Below are positions 59,779-64,000 of a stretch of 64,000 nucleotides of DNA, in pieces. This stretch comes from Squalus acanthias (Eukaryota). Numbering within the stretch: position 1 is the first letter of the stretch; every line of letters starts with the position of its first letter. The notes under the pieces are model-generated. The model saw only the letters and a list, made by a program, of their open reading frames with translations, made no database searches and was not told where the DNA came from. Position numbers and translations under genes: made by a program. Location of the stretch: the NCBI GenBank assembly GCA_030390025.1, contig CM059432.1, forward strand, positions 144,276,001 through 144,340,000, in the 5' to 3' direction.

Positions 59779-62240
59779 GCACTAAGGAACCCTAAAACTG
59801 TTCGGGTAATCTCTTCATTTGCAGGGGGGGGAATTATGCAATGATCCAGACCGCCAACCTCATTAGGATAGTACCGGAGACTGACCAAGGCAGCAGGTAA
59901 GGCTGGGAGGGGAGGAGGGATGGGGGTGAGCTCCGCGGTGGCCAGCACTTGTAATGTGGAGCTAGGAGGAGCCACTTCCTGAACATTCAGATAAGTGAAA
60001 GATTGTTTTACTGACCTTATTAGTGGCGGCTCCAGTGGTCCCTTTAATACTCCTGATTTGGCAGCTGTGCACCCAAGGAAACTGACCACACATGCACTGT
60101 GCCTACTGTGGTCAGTCACAAACCAATTTCAGAAAGTGGCCCCCGAATTGCACAGGCAATGGGCCTAACACCAGTTTCTGGCGGGTGCCCTAACCAATAT
60201 GGTGTGCAACGCATTTTTGGCGTGGATTGAGTTCTCGCCCATGCTGCACGCCATATTGGTCCCTTTGGCATCCATTTTGCGCCTGAAAAACGGGCGCCAC
60301 GCAAACAAATTTGCCATTTTGTTTTTTCCACAAAAGGTGGTGAGTTGGGAGACTTCAGAAACTTACTCCACAGAGCTGCATAGTGGCCAGAGTCTGCAAC
60401 TACACTGACAATTGACATAGCAAAATTGAATGAGGAATGTTGACATAGTAACTTACAGAGTTAAACCTTGACACTGGATGTAGAAATCAAGTAATGTTTC
60501 TTTAAAAAAAATGGAAATAAGACATTGCCCTTTTAATAAAAGTGTCTATTGTGGTTGTTCCAAGCAGGTTTTTACTTCTTTGCCTCATTCTGCATCTCAT
60601 GAAAAAAGGAAAACTGGTCACTGGCAGGTGTCGACCCGTAACCCAGTCACACACAACATTCAAGATCAACCAAATGGTCAAATATAGCTTACAGAATATT
60701 TAAAAAGTAAATAAACATAAACAGGCAGTAGGAAGTTTTAGAGCTACAGATTTTGCCCACAAACATAGCATTGGAACTCCCTGATTAAGAACACTAGGGG
60801 AACATGTACAGAACTGTGATTGCATTGCTGGAAGCAATGGAGTCTGTTGGGTTGGTGAATGTCACACAGTGACAGAGGTCAGATCGCCCAGGAACATTTA
60901 TTCTCTTGCACTTTTCGCTCCTTTTCCAAGCACCAGGACAATGGCATCATCACTGCTTGTAATGGTGCTGTTGTCACCGCAGGGATTTCATGCAGGACGA
61001 TGGAGTGTGTGGCCACATTCATCGAAGAATTCACCTTTTCTCCACAATTAGCGGTTTACACCCCCCTCCATTGTGTGCGGAATACAACTCCGCTTCGTGC
61101 CTTAAGTTGAGTGTTGGTCATTTCTTCAGTAACTTTGAGCTGGATTAATTTAGCACGTGCTTCTTGATGCTAATTTCTAGTCGCGTGATTTTCTAACAGG
61201 CTGCACTCTGGAATAGGACGAGAAGCTGAAATCCATCATACCAGAACATCCCATCCCAGTGCATCAACTTAAACAGCAGTGACTGAGAGTACACCTTGAA
61301 GGAGGTAAAACCCACATCAGGTGGCATTTATTATTGGTTTCTGAGCATGGAGTCACGTAGACTTTCCGTGATCACTGTAGGTTAACGAGGGTGATGTTGA
61401 CTGAAAGCAATGATGAGTCTGATCTGTGATAAAATGCCTGAAACAAACAAAGGCAGAAATTCTTGAGATCGGACAGCAAAGAGTGAATTTAGTTCGGGAG
61501 TCGCTGGGTGCCACCATCTTGTGTGGAGGTGATGATAGAGAGGGCGGAGAGACACCTTCGCTGGATGCTATCTCCTAACATTCTGTGTTTGGAGTTTCAC
61601 TCACACATCTGGCCTGGGTCTTGTGTGTCAACCTGTAACTGAGGGTTGTTTCAAGACAAGATAAATGTTTTAATAAGACGTTAAAGGCACTGCCCATTGC
61701 TGGGCTCCTTTATCTTCTGCCTTGGTGAAGGATGGAAAGTAGAACAATTCATCTTGACATCAAATAAAACCCCGTCTTGTCTTAAATCTGCCCACAGACA
61801 AAAAGGCGCAGAATCACATTTCTAACGTGTTGAAAATCCCTGATGAGAGAATTGCCCTTCATTCATACACCATTCGAGCTGCTAATTCTTCACTGATGCA
61901 GTCGGCTGTCTTCAGCACACTTACGGAAACAGGTGCAAAGGCCAACATTTAAATATTAAACCCATTGTCTTTTTAAAGTATTTTAAATGCCGTAGAGCCG
62001 TAAAATAAATGATTTTGTTTGACTGGTTTCAGTCTTTTTCTTTATATTAATTTAAAGATTTGGTCTGTTTATACATTCAGCAAATAGTTTACATATTTTG
62101 TCCAATGGTTATCCATCAATTAGCTGATATTGAAAATATACATGTGGTCCTCTTTACGTGTTGTAGATACAATGACAGAGCAGTCGCCCCAAGGCTGGTG
62201 AAGGAAGCTGCTTTCACGAGGTGTGGATTCCCCAATCGTG

Positions 62241-62419
62241 TCACCGGGGGCAAAAGGCTGGCTTAATGCAGCGTCCTCTGTGAAGCACCAGGCTTGCTGG
62301 GCAATGGCAGCCCGCCACACACGGCTTAGTGCAAGGGCCAATTTCATTCCAGTTCTCACAGGTCTTGGTGCAGCCTGGGCCACATGTGTCGTACACAGCG
62401 CTGTGCTTACACTGAGTAG
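62241..62419 (-). CDS. BMPER: BMPER last coding exon (179 bp): (A)[61 protein letters not shown] domain
   Basis: Minus strand ctttcag|CT ... TGA; in phase with the previous exon; typical BMPER C-terminal TIL cysteine pattern. Not called in the ORF track because it has no start codon. Confidence 0.95.
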
Positions 62420-62659
62420 CTGAAAGGAGAATGAATAAAGATTAAAAAACACGGACGCGCTTTGTTTCATCGTTATGAAGTTGAAACTTCTTTCCTTGGT
62501 TTGGCCGGGGGGGTAGTTTTAGCAATCGTTCACTGTTGCTGCATTTGGGAATTCTAAAACCCAAGGGATTATGAGGTGGGTTAACAGACGAGGAGTCCCC
62601 TTTACGACTCGCCTATGTCAGCCAGAGCAGGAGCAGAGTTTGTGGCGGGGGCCAAAGAC

Positions 62660-62960
62660 AATGGCTTCAGTCTTCCCAATGTTTAATTGGAAAAAATTGC
62701 AGCTCAACCAGGAGTGGATGTGGGACAACAATCTGACAATTTAGAGACAGTGAAGGGGTCGAGAGAGATGGTGGCGAGGGGGAACCTGACCTGTTTTCAG
62801 ATGATGTCGCCGGGGGGCAGCATGTAGATGAGAAATAGGAGGGGGCCAAGGATAGATCCTTGGGGGACTCCAGAGGTAAAGATGCAGGAGTGGGAAGAGA
62901 AACCATTGCAGGTGATTCTCTGGCTATGACTGGATAGGTAAGCGTGGAACCAGGCGACGT
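62660..62960 (-). mobile_element. L2-clade RT fragment in the last BMPER intron
   Basis: WFHAYLSSHSQRITCNG..SGVPQGSILGPLLFLIYMLP. Confidence 0.8.
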
Positions 62961-63435
62961 CTTTCATACTTTCCATACTTCCAAAACTAATCATTAGAAG
63001 AACATTTATGAAACAAAAACAGGATGCCGTGTGTTTGGAGGGTGGTGAATATTTGCCTGCTGTTGAGAAGATCGCCCTGGAGAATCCCCAGAATTGAGAG
63101 CTCTCACACCAGGTGTAAAGGAAGTTCTAGACTGGGAACTGTGCCCAAACACATTGAACCCAAGACCCTTACAGTCAGCTGACTAAGTCTGGGTGGATTT
63201 GAACACAGGTCCCAGAGGTGAAAGAACAAGGTGGAAGTCCCTGAAACGCCCACTCCGCACAAATCCACGCCTCTGCTACAAAAGGTCAAATCTGGAGAAA
63301 GTGTGTGCGTGAAGTTGCTCAATGTCCAGATCTCCACCTGCAGTAGATCAATGTGGTAACGTTTACAAAACACTCTTGCAAGGATCGAGCAACATGCAGA
63401 TTTGCCCAGCTCCTTGTCCATAACTGTGACCTTAC

Positions 63436-63566
63436 CGAGGCAGCTCATCTCCGGCCGCCAGTGGACATGGACACCCTCTCTCTGACAGGCTCGCGTGTAG
63501 GCGATCAGGGACTCACAGTAACAGTTCTTGTGTACTGGACACTCACACATATCTGTGACGCACGAC
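63436..63566 (-). CDS. BMPER: BMPER penultimate coding exon (131 bp): (R)[43 protein letters not shown](A), C8 domain
   Basis: Minus strand ctcatag|G ... G|gtaagg; the peptide matches the BMPER motif [18 protein letters not shown]. Confidence 0.95.
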
Positions 63567-63789
63567 CTATGAGAAACACAACGTCCACATGAGAACATGA
63601 CACAAGGAAATAAGGAAGCAACGGGGTCCAAGAAGGGATTGACCGACGTTGCAATTGACCAATTGAGCGACGGGATGTTTAACTTGCCGAAGAAGCAAAC
63701 CTAAAATTCTGCCTATCTCTGTACATTAAAGCTCTCTTCATCTCTACATCTTCATTTTTAAGTGTTTCTCTTCAATACTCTATCCTCAT

Positions 63790-64000
63790 ATTTTCGGATG
63801 ATACGTTAACCCGAGGCCCCGTCTGCTCTCTCTCTCGTGGACGTAAACGATCCCATGACATTATTGGAAGAAGAGCAGGGGAGTTCTCCCCGGTGTCCTG
63901 GCTGATATTTATCCCTCAATCAACACCTAAAAACAGACTGTCTGGTCATTACCACGTTGCTGTTTGTGGGATCTTGCTGTGCGCAGATTGGCTGCTGCGT
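63790..64000 (+). mobile_element. Deu-domain SINE fragment (runs off the window)
   Basis: CGGATGATACGTTAACCCGAGGCCCCGTCTGCTCTC..GATCCCATGAC..GAAGAAGAGCAGGGGAG. Confidence 0.85.

Noticed and set aside
62241..63566. Functional enzyme-substrate linkage between DPY19L1 and BMPER
   Set aside because: No WxxW/WxxC C-mannosylation motif in the visible BMPER exons; adjacency is explained by conserved synteny.
63104..63631. 175-aa ORF as a complete protein
   Set aside because: Only 63436-63566 is a splice-bounded BMPER exon; the rest is intron read-through.

Overview
Eukaryotic (vertebrate) genomic DNA, almost certainly a cartilaginous fish, judged from the shark-type CR1 LINEs and Deu-domain SINEs. 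The + strand carries the last 14 coding exons of a DPY19L1-type C-mannosyltransferase gene (8991-58579). All introns are GT-AG and the exon phases are consistent through to the stop codon; the 5' exons lie upstream of the window. The - strand carries the last two coding exons of a convergent BMPER (crossveinless-2) gene (63566-62241). The introns are dense with mobile DNA: several CR1-clade LINE families (one near full-length with an esterase ORF1, several nested), L2 fragments, tRNA-headed Deu-domain SINEs, and Tc1/pogo-, hAT- and probable Harbinger-type MITEs. The most notable signal is a family of short, often fold-back, Penelope-like retroelement 3' ends with 12-15 bp target-site duplications. 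They carry a minimal hammerhead-ribozyme motif (CTGACGA..GAAACGTT); the best copy is at 47614-47650. Other highlights are a TAATG stop-start overlap coupling CR1 ORF1 to ORF2, the absence of NPSR1 between DPY19L1 and BMPER, a locally templated 90-bp duplication across an exon, a fold-back double-headed SINE, and phased CCAAT arrays. Almost all ORFs in the supplied track are LINE fragments or non-coding. No database searches were run; family assignments come from motif recognition.
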